This document shows, piece after piece, positions 13,377 to 26,500 of a stretch of 51,617 nt of DNA. The DNA lies in contig JAHBMJ010000263.1 in assembly GCA_018398765.1 (NCBI GenBank), positions 1-51,617 of the forward strand. Direction: 5' to 3'. The notes under the pieces are model-generated. The model did no database searches and was not told the DNA's origin. It worked only from the letters and a program-made list of their open reading frames with translations. Positions within the stretch are counted from its first letter, which is position 1. Every line of letters begins with the position of its first letter. The translations under genes were made by a program, and so were the position numbers. This stretch comes from Chromera velia (lineage: Eukaryota).

Positions 13377-14450
13377 TCTGTCTCCAACCCAACTCATCCA
13401 ATCCTCTCTTTCTGTGAGCTTTCGTGCAGCCTCGTGGCGGTTCCAGGGCGCGGACGCCCAGCAGACCCCCGAACAAACAGGTGGGGAGTGTTCGATCAAT
13501 GAGTAGCCGTCGTTCTCTCTCTTGCCCCCGCTTGTCTTGGCTGGTCCAAAGTATACTGGAGCTCGGAATGTGGTTGGCATCCATTTGGGTTGATAGACTA
13601 ATTCGTGTATGGCCATAAATTGAGAGACCTAGATCGGCTCTCCCCGTCATGTATTCACGAATGCACACTCAAAGAATCCACTGGATGAGTTGAGTCGAGA
13701 AACACGATTCTCCTCGGTCTTTTTCTTTTTGCTCCCTCTAAAGCTCTACCCTACCCTTTTTCCTGCTTCTCTTTCATACGTCCTCTCTCCTTGTCGCCAC
13801 CTTTTTGAGCACATCGTTTTCACATTATCCGTGGGACTTCCCCCCTCGTTCTCCTCCCCCCTTCTCTCCCATGTATCAAGAAAAACCTTTCGCTTCTCGG
13901 ATTCCGTCTCTCCCTCGCCGATCGAAATGCCCCCTCCTACTTGCTGTCCCCATACTCGAAAGGTAACGGTAAAATACTCTAACTCTACATGGTCACACGC
14001 ACCAATCCACGTGCACTAATGTGCACTATCAGTCTGCCCTCTCAAGGACCGCGCTCACGCTCCTACTCAGCCAGTGCAGTGAGCCTCGACTGAATCATTG
14101 GTTGAAAGCAAGAAAGAACTACAAATGAAAAACAACAACCGACCCACCGCAATGAGAGGGTCCTTCTGTTTCATCAAACCCTGCGAGGAGACTGAAAGCT
14201 GAAAAGGACATGCAGCAAACTCATTTCTTGTACGCACTGCTGGTGGAGCGACAGAGAAGCTGCTGGGTTCAATCAACTAGGACTAAGTCACTAGCTGGCC
14301 GTCTGTATAACTGCGAGAGAACGAATCGACGAAACCACTGAAGTATCGCCTGATCAATGTGCCGACCGACCGATGAAATCCAGAAGTGCGCTGACCTTGT
14401 AGTACTCCGCACCAGCAGGGACGAAGCTCCTTCCCCCCCCCCCCCCCCCC

Positions 14451-14545
14451 NNNNNNNNNNNNNNNNNNNNNNNNNNNNNNNNNNNNNNNNNNNNNNNNNN
14501 NNNNNNNNNNNNNNNNNNNNNNNNNNNNNNNNNNNNNNNNNNNNN
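14451..14545. other. Assembly gap (N run) flanked by poly-C
   Basis: N run with C homopolymers on both sides. Confidence 0.98.
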
Positions 14546-15086
14546 CCCCCCCCCCAGGGGGAAGACAGATTAGACGAGAGGAAATTTTCAGAGAGGCAAG
14601 GGTGCAAGCCGACCTGTGAATCTCATCCTTTGTTCCTACATTTCCTCTTCTTTGTCGACGCGTGTGTGTCCTCCTGGTCAAAAATGCTGCTGCTGCTGCT
14701 GAAAGAGGGAAGGGAAGGAAACGATCAAGCTCCAATCTTTTGTCGGTTCATTTGATAAAAGGGGAAAAGCATGACTTTTGGATCTTCTTGGCCTTTTCTG
14801 AAGACATTTTTCATAAAATTTGTCGCTGATTGCACTATTTGATACGGTTACACTGTGGAAGTGTGAAAGAATGGACATGCAACGAGCGGGTAAGTCTCTG
14901 CCGAAAAGCGCTGCTTCGTGGAAAAAGTCTCAGACCCCGAGTCTGAGGGTGCGTTTATCGATCCTTTTCCCCTCAAGTTTCTTCTCGATCAGTATCTGTG
15001 TGTATGTGTATATCTGTGTGTATGTATCCATGTGTGTGTATCCGTATATTCTATCAGGTGCTGGGAGGCAGGGAAAGAGGGCGAGC

Positions 15087-15120
<34 letters not shown>

Positions 15121-15554
15121 AGTGGGAAGTAGCGAGGAAAGACAGAAGCTAAGACAGAGAGGAAGAAGAATGTCTTTTGGTGGGCAAAGCGAAGTCCATC
15201 CATTTGTCTGCATGCCTGTCTCTCCGTTTTTTGTCTTATCCTCTTTTTTTTTTTTTTACGCGCTCTGGCGTTATGTCTTTTCCCCGCCGCTTTGGGTTTC
15301 ATGTCTAAGTCTCCTCGAATGCGAATGCCTTAGTTGCAGGACCAGTGATGCGTTTCAGTCGTTCTTTTGGCAGTACTGTGTACTGCTTACTCTACCGCTG
15401 TCAATAGCTGGAAGAAAAAGCTGCAAGTCTCTCACAACCGCTGGCCATATGCAGCGCAGAAAAATGCCGCCCGTTGAGGGCGTGCATGAACCTATGAGAG
15501 TGCGTGTTATGGTAGAAAGTGCCTGTCTTTCGTTCTTTCTTTGTTTATCTGCAG

Positions 15555-16100
15555 AAATTGTACTCAACTGCGTGAGGAAGGAATTTGACAGCTGTTGGTA
15601 TCAACGCAGGGGAGTGGCAACGTCGAAACCTCTGGCCAAAAATAGGAGGGAATGGAGGGGGATGATCATAGAGGGGGTAAAAGAAGCAGAGAGTGAGGAA
15701 GGGGGGAGGAAGGAAGAAAGACGAGCAGTCAGAAAAGGGAAAGTGACGGGGGCATTCCGGTGCTCATTGTGTACATGCACCTTTGCAAGTGACTGGGGGT
15801 ACTGGGTGCATCAGGGAAAGATGCACAAAGCTGTTGGAGGTGGACAGCTTTCATCAGATAAGAGAAGGCAGGTGAAGGAAGAGAGGAAGAGCAGCGTGGT
15901 TCTGGGGGATGAAGTAGAAAGAATTGTGGATCAAGCAAAATGTGGCAGGGAGCACTGTTATCAAGTTAAGTAGGTAGCGTGGAAGACGCTCACATGGGAA
16001 CCTACCAGTCTTATGAAGAGGCATGCGGCTCGAGAAGTAGAAGAGTTTGAAAAGAGAAACAATTCAGCAATTGATTTAGACTTGATTGATTGACTGACAG
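15555..16100 (+). mobile_element. 3' remnant of an RTE-like non-LTR retrotransposon: RTE C-terminal motif, C2H2 finger, chromodomain (disrupted)
   Basis: With two compensating frameshifts it reads NCVRK-LTAVGINAGEWQ-LAKNRREWRGMI (RTE W..LA.DR..WR motif). Then come FRCSLCTCTFASDWGYWVHQGKMH (C2H2) and EVERIVD...YQVK*VAWKTLTWEP...EVEEFE (chromodomain, TAG at 15971-15973). TGA at 16091-16093 sits within a TTGA-like repeat. Confidence 0.7.
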
Positions 16101-17258
16101 ATCCTTTTTCCCTTTCTCTTTTCTAAGATTGAACGGAAACATTCCCTTGCCTAACGTTAGAAGTATCCGCAACTGGATACGGATAGCGATGGCGTATCAT
16201 AGTCATAGTATGTCATAGTCATAGTCATTAATAAATAAATTAATACTAAAATTAACTAGAATTAACATCTGTATATTAGCAGCTAGGTTAGTAGCCTAGT
16301 AGTTGTTTTGTGAACAAACTCGGGGCAAAACTAGCTAGGGGCAAGATCATTGTTTTTTTGTAATTTGCCACTTAAATTAAAGCCTTAGCAACAAAAAACA
16401 TATTGCTAATTAAAAACATTGTAACTTGGCGGTTTGGCAGCCGCCCCGTTACTATGTTTAATTAGAGTATTCAAATTGATTTTCGTACAGTAATTACCTA
16501 CACTATAGTACCCACAGTTACTGCACTGATTCTTAGATTGATTCTATAACTGCACTGATTTTGATATCTATAGTTTGATATTCTTGCTAGATATAGTATT
16601 CATACATATTCATTCGTCATCATTATAAGCTTCCTAGTAATTTTCACACTTTATCACACTTATATAGTATCACACGTCATCGTAGTCCATTTTTAGGTCC
16701 ATTTCTTCCTAAATTTTTTGCCCTAGTTTTTGCTAGTGTGTATCTAGGTGTGTATTGCTTTATGAATGAGTGAGTAAAAGAAAGAATGAATGAATGTTTA
16801 AAAGATTTTGATGTAGGTTTTGATAGATTGGTTCTTTAATATCTAGATGAATATTTAACTTGTAAAAAAAAAAAAAAAAAAATAAATCAATGAATGAATA
16901 AAATAATGAATCATAAATGAAATTTAATGAATGAATGAATGAATGAATGAATGAATGAATCAGAATGAATGAATGAATAAATGAATGAATGAATGAATCA
17001 ATGGCTATAGCTATATAGTAATATTTTTTTTGTACATAAAAATAACAATTAATCATGACTTGACGATAAAAAAATTGGAAAAAGGTGTGCTTAACTAGGT
17101 GTTTAAAGCCTAAGTTCCCTGTGGAAAGCTGTAGTGAGTTTTAATTAAATTTAGCATAAAATGATTGCAACGATCATGTTTCAGGAAGGGCATATTTGAG
17201 TGTCTGCAAGACTTTCAAATTCTCAAATATTCCTAGAAATATTTTCAGCCAGAACTAA

Positions 17259-20200
17259 TCACCGTCTCTCTTCTTCCTTTGGAGAGCCACTTTGATTGTA
17301 AACATCCCGAGCAGGGTCTGCCCACGCAATCATCAGCGCTGTCTGCTCCCTTTCTTTTGTCCCTCCCACCCCCTCAGCAGAATTACACCCAGCTGATACA
17401 TCAACTGAGGTGTTTTGTTTCCGTGCCTTTAGGAAGGGATCCACGCGAAGTCCAGCCATTCCGTTTGAAGGAGGGGCGGCCGTGGATGGTCCCTCTGACA
17501 TCTTAGTGCGGGGAGGGGAAATGGGAGGGGGGAGGAAAGAAAAAGCATTGACCTTCTGCCTCTCCTTCTCCTTTTGCCTTTCCAGTGGTGGAAGCAGTGA
17601 CCTTGCCTGCACAGGAGCGGCAAGGGTTGCCTCCCATGGCCGAGGAGGGGCGGAAAGGGTCCGTTCTCCTGTCGGGATTTCCCCTCTTTCCCCTTTCTTT
17701 CCTTCCAAAGGGACAACAGGAGAGGACGAGACGCGGGGACCGACCACCCCTCGGGGCCTGATCTTCTTTCCCCGCACGGCGATGAGAGGAGTAGAGGACT
17801 CAGGCATCTCCTCAAGCTGCTCTGCTACTTCTGCAGCCTCATTTGCCTCTGCAACCCTGCTTTCAGATGAAATAATCAACTCTTCGGGAGTGGACTCGAC
17901 GGCAGAGACCCTCCTTCCTGTTGTCGACACAGCAGGCTCTTCTTTCTCCTCTTCTTCCAGATTGTTCGACTGAGCCATTCCTGACACAGACGAGACGGCT
18001 CCTGGGAGACTCACGTTGACTTTCGGCATCATTTCAGTCACGTTGTCGTGCGTCACCCCCCTCTTTCCCAATCTAGACGGGTCTTCCTCCTCTCCCTGTC
18101 CTTCCTTCTCGTTTTGTGCAGGGGGTGGAGAAGGGGGATGCACGTCGCTCTCTCCGTTCCACGCGGCATGCACCACAGGGGGGGGGGCGTCTCTGTCCTC
18201 CCCTCCGGATTGATTTTCTGCTTTCTTCTCCGTCTCCTCCCGGTTCCCTCTCCGACTGTGCGCATTGGACGAGGGCGCCGCCTCACTCTGCCCCTCCTCC
18301 TCCTCAACCTGTTGTCCCTGTCGCGCCTCCTCCCCCTCAGTTGGACCCTCCACATTCCCATTCGTGTTGACGTTGTCGTGCCACACGCCCTGTGGACTCT
18401 CTCCCCTCTCCATCCGGTCAGCTTCTGCTGCTCCGTCTCCTTCCTCCTCTGCGGGGGTGGAATGGGGGGGACCAGAGAGAGGAGAGGTCCCTGAGGGCAG
18501 GCCGGGGGACGTGGGAGGACTGCAGAGCAGAAATGTTCACATGCACATTTGGTCTTTCATTTATCATATTGAGACACTGGAGGAATGCGTAGGCGGAAGG
18601 CGGGAGGACGTCAGGGGACTGCAGAAGGGAGTAGAGAGACATGAGATCTGATAGAGAAGGTAGGGACAACCACCCCTATCGAGATTTGTAATGAGAGACT
18701 GGAAATTGTTTGTTTCTATTGAGAGCTGCTTCAATTGCTGGATCCAAATCCATTCCCGATTTCATCTCTTACCGACCTTCCAGAAACAGGGAACGATGGG
18801 TCGTTGGTTGATTCGTTTTTCGGACTCTGCAAGGAGATGAGATGAAGGAGTGTGAAAAACGATCGATCAAGTTTTGTCTTTCAGGAGAGACGACACACGT
18901 ACTCTTTGGACGCCTGGAGCAGTCGGGTGTGTCTGTGGACAAACAAAGGCCAGAGAGGACTTTGAAGTCCGAGAGGCACCGAAAATGACTTTGCTCTCTT
19001 TCCTTCCTTCATAAGGCCATCTGCCTGTCCCACTGAATTCATTCGCCCTCCTTTCCTCTCCTTTTGCCGCCTTCAATCTGTGCACTCTTCGTTCTTTCTT
19101 TCTTTCTATCTATCTTTCCCTTTCCCCTTTTTTTCCGTCTCTCTCCCTTCCTCTTTCCTTCTTGTCGTTCCTGCCCACCGTTTCCTCTTTCGGTCCGCAT
19201 CTCTCCACCAAAGCCTCGATCGTTCCCGTTCTTGATGCGTACATGGCGATGTCGAGGGGGTTGGGGAAGAACGCCAAACGAAGGCGATCCACGACAAAAT
19301 CAGGAACCTGAATTGAGGAGAGGGAGTAGAGCGGCGTGAATGGACGATTGAGAATGTGATTGAGGCGATAAACGCAGAGACTCTTCAACAGGAAAAGGCA
19401 AGCGTTGAATTCAGTAAGAGGGCATGAATTCGGCCAAAGCAGAAAAGCTGGACAAAGACAAGTTCATTCAAGCCACACAAAAGAAAAGCAGTGCACCCTG
19501 CAATCAGTGGTGGATTCTTCAAAACAGCACGGCATCCAGAGTCTGCCATCCAACCACGCACACCGGTACTCAGCTGGATAATGCAGCACCAAAACATATG
19601 AAAGCGACGCCTACAGGGCAGACAAACAGACCAGAATCGCCACAGGGCCAAGAACAATGACGATCAGAGGAAGCCACCGTGCGAGAATCAGAACAGCGAT
19701 GCCAAGAATTTCCCATTGGAAAATGCTGCAGAAGATCGAAGCACAGACAGAATCAATGGAAGAACCATGCTCAGAATGCAGCCGATTCCAGTTTAAGCGG
19801 AGGAAAGGCAGAAACGCAAACAAAAGGTTTTCTCTGCATTTTTCAATACCAGTTTTCTTTCCACCCCTTTTCAGTTAGACCTTGCTCCAGAATTCTTCTG
19901 TGCCGTTTTCGTCGGGAAACAAAATGTGGTCGGAATGCAGAGGTCCCAATTCTTCTTCGTCTTCCAATTTTGGTGGCCGTTGCTCAATGTTTCTTGCTTT
20001 TCATGGGCCTGGGTCACTCAGTCATCACACAATCTCTACGAGAATCTAGATCTCTCTCTCTTTACTGCTTAACTTGAGCCCTCCAGGTGGCTAGAAAGGA
20101 AACAACACCTTCAACCCTCCCTCTCCTACCTTGTGAGTGGTTCGATTGAGAGCAGGAAGAGTGCGAGGAAGAAGAGCGCCAAACTCGCGACGAGAACAAG

Positions 20201-20364
20201 CCTGAGAGAAATGAAAAGGCAAAGGGGGGCGATGAAGAAAAGAAAAAAGAGCTTCGGCATCCAGAGGAGAATAAATCTGTGTACAAAAAAAGCAGCATGG
20301 CCCCAGAGATGCTCTTTCAACAAAGCGAGAGGAAGCTTTGAGACTCCTTCGGAACAAACAAGAA

Positions 20365-20396
<32 letters not shown>

Positions 20397-20401
20397 GCAC
20401 G

Positions 20402-20449
<48 letters not shown>

Positions 20450-20481
20450 CACACATACACACATACACACATACACACATA

Positions 20482-20522
<41 letters not shown>

Positions 20523-23500
20523 CAACAGACAAAGAAAGCACCAGACCCACCACTGAGGCCACGACCATGAGTAGGTCAGGAGAATCAATTTGTACGAGAC
20601 CACCAGGACGCACAGAGTGAAGGACACGCAAGATTGGTACCAGAATCCCTGCACACAGACATACACCGACTCACAGGTTGAGATGGTACAGATCTGACAA
20701 ATCAGCACACGACAGTAGGTACGCAAGACCGTTTCAGTTTCGAACCAGTAGATAGCAACAACGCACCCAGTCCTACGAGAAAAAAATAATGGACAAGAAA
20801 GAGGCACCAACTGATCTTCTGCTCTCTTCAGTCTTTCTTCGTCTTTCTAAGCTGGGCGAATCAGTCTCATTGACAGAGCGAGAAGACCCGCTCCAGAGGG
20901 AAAAAACAGAAAATCGAAAAGGTGGAAAGGGACGAAAGCGCTCACCGCATCTCTCCCAGACGAATCATTGAATCCGTTCAGTCCGAGCATCGGAACAAAA
21001 AACGATGCAGCACCTGCAGTAATGCACGAATGTACTGAGTTGAAGATTAAGTTTCAAAATGAAGTTCCGGAGGGAGCAGAGCAAAACGTACTTTTGGTGG
21101 CTCTCATTTTGTTCCTTGGAACGACCAAATCTTTCTTTATTCTTTGAAAGAGACATTCACTTTCCGGGAGAAAAACAAACTCAATTGTCTTCCAGATAAG
21201 AAAAGCAGAGAGAAATGTGCCCCTTCGAATTGAAGGAAACCCACAAAACTCAGAAGCGAGAGGTAAGTGAAAACCTGACCATGATAGATTGCCGCCACCA
21301 TGAATGCCCAGAAGACCTTTCCTGTAAAGTAAACGTTGCGGGGCCCTGCCAGGTACAGCATCGGGAGGGCCAGCGCGACCTCATCAGGGACGTCGACGTC
21401 GAGTGCGTAGGTGAACAGACAGGCGAAGGAGGTGAAGAAGGCGTTGTACATAGTGGAGAGCCACTCGGGAAAAAATATTTGACCGCTGAAGCCCGCAAAC
21501 ACGTTCTGCACACACAAAGCAAAACGACCGGAAGGGAGCAGGCAGGGAGGCGGATGCATACCAGAGAGAGAGAAGGGCTATGAGGTGAAGAAGATTTCAC
21601 AATTTTCCTCTCTCTCCCGTCTCCTTCTGTGTGCATCTGTGTGCGTGTGCCAAGATACATGGGCGTGTTTCGTCTGTCCGTCTCTCTGCCCTTTCATGCT
21701 CAGTCAAGATGCATTCCCCGCTCCCCGTCTTTGAAACATGAATACTGAGAAATTCAGAAAGAGACAGAAAGGGAAACTGACGAAAAGCAGATCGCACATG
21801 ACGATGACGACATTCTTGTAGAAGTAGTAGCAGATCATTGAGGCGATACGACGGTACCCTTTCCTTCCGTGGACCTGCAAAGATGAGAAAACAGGATGAG
21901 AACATAGGGATGCAAGTCAATTGGGCGTTTCATTGAGAAATCGTACTCACTTAGGCACATTTAAACTCACAATGCCCTTTCTAGACTGAATTTGTCAAAA
22001 CAGTCCTCTCAGAAAATGTGCGTTCCGCCTATTGTCTGCATTGAATATGGAGCAGTCTCTCACTGTCATTTCTACTCTTGCTGTAAAGACGCAGGAACGC
22101 ATCGGCGCAGAGTTGATTCGTCCAAAACATAAAACAAAACAGACAATGGGGAAAGGAACTAACTTACCAAGATGAGTCTCTGGAGGCAGTTGAACTGGGG
22201 GACTGCATAGTCAGACGACTGCACTGCCTGTGTCCCCTCCTTCCCTCGAATCCCCACTCCCACATGTGCTTCCTGGATCATCGGCACGTCGTTGGCCCCG
22301 TCTCCCACAGCGACTGTGATCAGGCCAGTGCCCCTCCTCACCAGACGGACCAGCAGGGCCTTCTGACGAGGGGAGAGCCGACAGCAGAGACAGGACGTCA
22401 CAGCAAGGCAAACCTGCAGGGGGAAGGAAGAAGAAAACAAAGTCAAAGGAATGAGTGCAAAGAGCTTCAAAATGAAGGAAGAAGATGGATGCACATGATG
22501 AACACACCTTTGCTCTCCCTCTTCCCTTCCCTGTACAGCAAAAGGGAAATGAGAAGACCGACCCTCAAGAAGATGTCTGCAATATCGTCACTCTCCAAGC
22601 ACTTGGCCAAAGTCTTCCCGTCCACCGCCAGACCGATCCTTTTCGGCTCCCCCTGGTGCTTATGAGACTGTTGTTGGATTTTGTCAAATTCCTGTCGGAT
22701 GGGGCTTTTCTTTTCCCGTGGAGGGCACATGCAGGCAGACAGCCCCAAGGTCACATAGTCAACAATCCTGCAGGTTCTTCCAGATTGTGCCTTGTCCCTC
22801 AAGTCCACTTCCTGAGGGGGTCTCTTTGTAAAGTCCGGCACTCGGGCCTCTGCGTCTCTGAGGACGTCCTTCAATTTGGCCATGATCTCTGCGGAGTCCT
22901 TCGCCGTGTCTTGGGAAATGATGTGCAGAGACATACTGCATACAGCAAAGGGGTGACGAAGAATAAGATTATTCTTAACTTCTCACAAATTGCACAATCT
23001 ATGCCTCCAAACAATGCAGAAACAAAAAGGGAGAGGAGACAGAGGGTCTCAATCCAGATGCGCGTGTCTATTGTTCTGACTGACTGGCTTGGACGCGAAT
23101 TCATATTCTCTGCACAATTCTCTCAATGACTATCCATCCAACTGGCTGACTGACTGACTTCCTGTCCAACAGCTGGCACGAGAACCCGATGTCGACTGCC
23201 GTCTCCAGTTTGTCTCCAGTCAGGACGAACACCCTCAGGCCTGTAGGAAGGAAGTTGTTTGAAGGGAAACAAGATAGATTGGGAGAGAAAGAAGTAAATG
23301 AATGCACAGCCGGGCAGAGGATGGGATGGATGAGCAGACTGATGAAGGGTAAGACTCCGAAAGAGGGAACAAAATGATGCCGTGGTGAAAATCTTGGCAT
23401 AAAACCAGGATCCGAAGCCATTCTACCCCATCTTCCGTCCTCGTTCTGATTCTGTAAGGTTTTTCTTGATTGCATCTTCTGTCCCTCCCAGGCCCCTCGC

Positions 23501-26500
23501 TCTTCCATGCGCTCTCGTGCTTTGCACCAGCCTTTCGTTTTTTCCATATGGAACATTTGCATGACCGATGCATAAACGCACAACACTGTCTTCTTATCAC
23601 GTCTGCCACCCACCTGCGTCCTTCAACTTGAAAATCGTTGCAGGCACATCGTCCTGCAGCCTGTCCTCAACGGCTGAGAGTCCGACCACCCGGAGATTCT
23701 GCAAGCAGAAGAGGATGTGGATTGATAAATAATTCTAGCTAGTGAGGCAAACAGCAGACAAAGAAGGGAAGGACGAGTGATTATTGAGCGAGACGAAATT
23801 TCTTTCTCTGCAGAATGCCTCTGCACAATGCCCGCAATTCAGACAGCCGAAGCATAGACACTCGATGGGACAGGTTTTGTCTCTTTGCGCATGCATGAAA
23901 GCTGTAGTTGCGGTTCTTTCTTCTATCAAGGGGTGGTTGAGGGTAAGAGACCTTGACTCACATTTTCCATTTGCTTCGCGACCTCCTCGAGAGCCTTCTC
24001 TCTTCCCTGCAAAACCACAGAAAACAAACAAGGACGCCTTGCAGGTAAAAGGAACGTGAGAAGGTTGTCGAAGGATGAATCCATCGCACTGAGATAATGC
24101 TAGAAACAAAGAGGTGACAAAGTACAGGGGTATCCAATTTTTGGTTTCGCCAATGAAGATCAAATGCAATAACTCGCGTAAAGATAAAACCAGACTGGGC
24201 ACAGTATGCTCATATGTGTGAGGGGCAACAAAATGTCCTTCATGCGCACGCAGAACCCTCTCTCTTTCTCTCTGTCTTTCCTTGTAGCAGGGGGGTAGAT
24301 TGGCGAGTTTCTCGAGTAATGTTCTGTGTACATGATTGAGCCCTTCCTATCGGACCTGAATCTGCACGGAGGCCGCGTGGCTGGCAGCACTCCACTCTCT
24401 ATACTCATCTTTCCCGAGAGGCTTCGCTGCCATGACGAGCGTCCTCAAGCCCTTCCGGGAGAACTCAGACAGCGCCGCCTTCTCATCAGACTTCAGGGGA
24501 GAGGAAGAGGCCAGGAGACCTTCCATAATGCTGTCTGCCCCCTTGGTCAGGCAGAAGACCGACCCGTCGCCTGGGGAGACAAAGAAGAAGAGAACGACAT
24601 GCAACAAATGGGACGCATGTTGAGTTTTTGGATTGACTGAGTGACGAAAGAAGGAAATGAGTAAGCGACCTAGTGCCTACTTGCTTGACTGAGGCATTGA
24701 TGCTTGCAAGGAACAACCGGATCCCTTTGAGGCCTTGTTTGACAATTCTCGTGTAGAATCCACTGGAAGAGCAACAAGAAGAAGAAGAACATTCAAAAGA
24801 CTACACTCTTCGTCTGTTTCACCGTCTGCAGGGTCTCTCTGGACCTCCTCTGCAGTACAGTAGAATGGCTTCACACTCACGATCATGTTTCATCCTCCCA
24901 CTCACGCATGCAGACTCACCGGGAGCGCACTCGCTTCCCTTGATCCCTCTATGTTCGACAATTGTGGTCATTCTTTTCCTATCCGAAGAGAACTCGATGA
25001 CCTCATGAAGATCAAAAAGATGACGCACGCGCAAAATATCAAGCTCCAAGGTCTCCCACCTACTTCCTCTCTTTTTAGATCTTGACAGAAGAACAACTCC
25101 ATTCCGTGCAGCAGCAAGAACAAGAGCCACCTCATCAGGTGAAGAACCCTGGAAAGAGAAAGGATCTTCTTCTTCCTTCTCCCCTTCTGCTACACCCACT
25201 TCCTCTTCCACCGCCCTCGCGCTGTTTCGATCCTCCTCGCTCTCTGGCAAAACAGCATGGCAGAGTGCGAGGAAGACAAAAAAACGAAGAAGGGAATCGG
25301 CAGTGCCCTCCTCCCCCTCCGGAAATGCGAGAAGAGATGATGTGCCGCTATCCCCTTCTTTATGAGAGGTTGCACTGCTTGCGAGGAGCTGTGCAGCTGT
25401 CTCGTCTCCTAGAATTCCCTTTTTTGCCTCCCCCTTCTCTCGTGCCGCCTGTGCAGCCTCTGCAGTGGGCCCGAACGATTTCTTCCCGACGTGGCATTTC
25501 GCAAATTCCATTGAGTTGCAAGTCAGGGTGCCTGAAAAGAGACAGGAATCAAATAGATAACATCGAGCCCCCAAGTTCCAAACAAGCTTTTGGTAGTTTT
25601 TTTCGGTAAGAGCGAAAGCCCTCAGACGAAGTAGGCAGAGGTAAAGAAAACCATCACAATGTCACACAGATATTCTTCTCTTTCTTTCGGCTTCACTTCT
25701 ATCAAGTCACCATGCAACTGAGCGAATCTCCATTCCCATTGCGAAACCAGGCAGGCTGATCCAATCATTCACTCTGCATAAACATCTGACTGACTGACCT
25801 GTCTTATCAGAGAAGAGGCTGAACATCTGACTGACCTGTCTTATCAGAGAAGAGGAACTCCGCCTGTCCCAACTCTTCCACCAGATCTGAGGTCCGAGCC
25901 ATGGCCGCCGTGCCATCAGGAGCCTCCATGCCTGGGTCTGCGTTGATCCAGAAGGTCAGCACGAGCTTCAAGACCTCCGTTATCACGTAGAGGGAAATGG
26001 GAATCAGATGGGAGATGGCAATCAGGAAAATGAAGAACCTGCAGAAAACTCATTTCGTGTGTGCAAGTATGTATATATGTATGTGTGTATATATGTATAT
26101 ATATATATATATATATATTTGTGTGTGTGTGTGTGTGTGTGTGTATGCGTGTGTATGTATGTGCGAGTCTGTCTGCCTATGTTAAAACAGATTGCAAACT
26201 TGCATAGAAAACAAACAGGGACAATGCCAACGCAAGACAAAGAAGAGAATGCCGGAGAAATTGCTCAAGGCCTGTCAGAACAGAAAAAAAAAAGAAAAAA
26301 ACCAACCCATACATACATGATGGCCACAAACAATCGTTTTGATGCTGTCGTAGTTCTTATCACTTTGTCATGTGACCTTGCAGCAACATGCATACGACTG
26401 CCTGCTAGTGTCTATCTGCCCTACTCACCGGACAATGAGAAAGACCAGAATTCCCACACCACCAGAAGGGGATTCCGAGGAGCCCGTGTGAAGTGCCCAC

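Noticed and set aside
11894..13668. Long K/E/R-rich and F/L/S-rich ORFs (461-582 aa)
   Set aside because: These are translations of the (GAAA)n tract, which cannot form stop codons.
14918..15555. 5' part of the 351-aa ORF 14918..15973 as a host gene
   Set aside because: It runs through (GA)n/(TG)n repeats and T-rich intron-like DNA; only the part after ~15555 has recognisable motifs.
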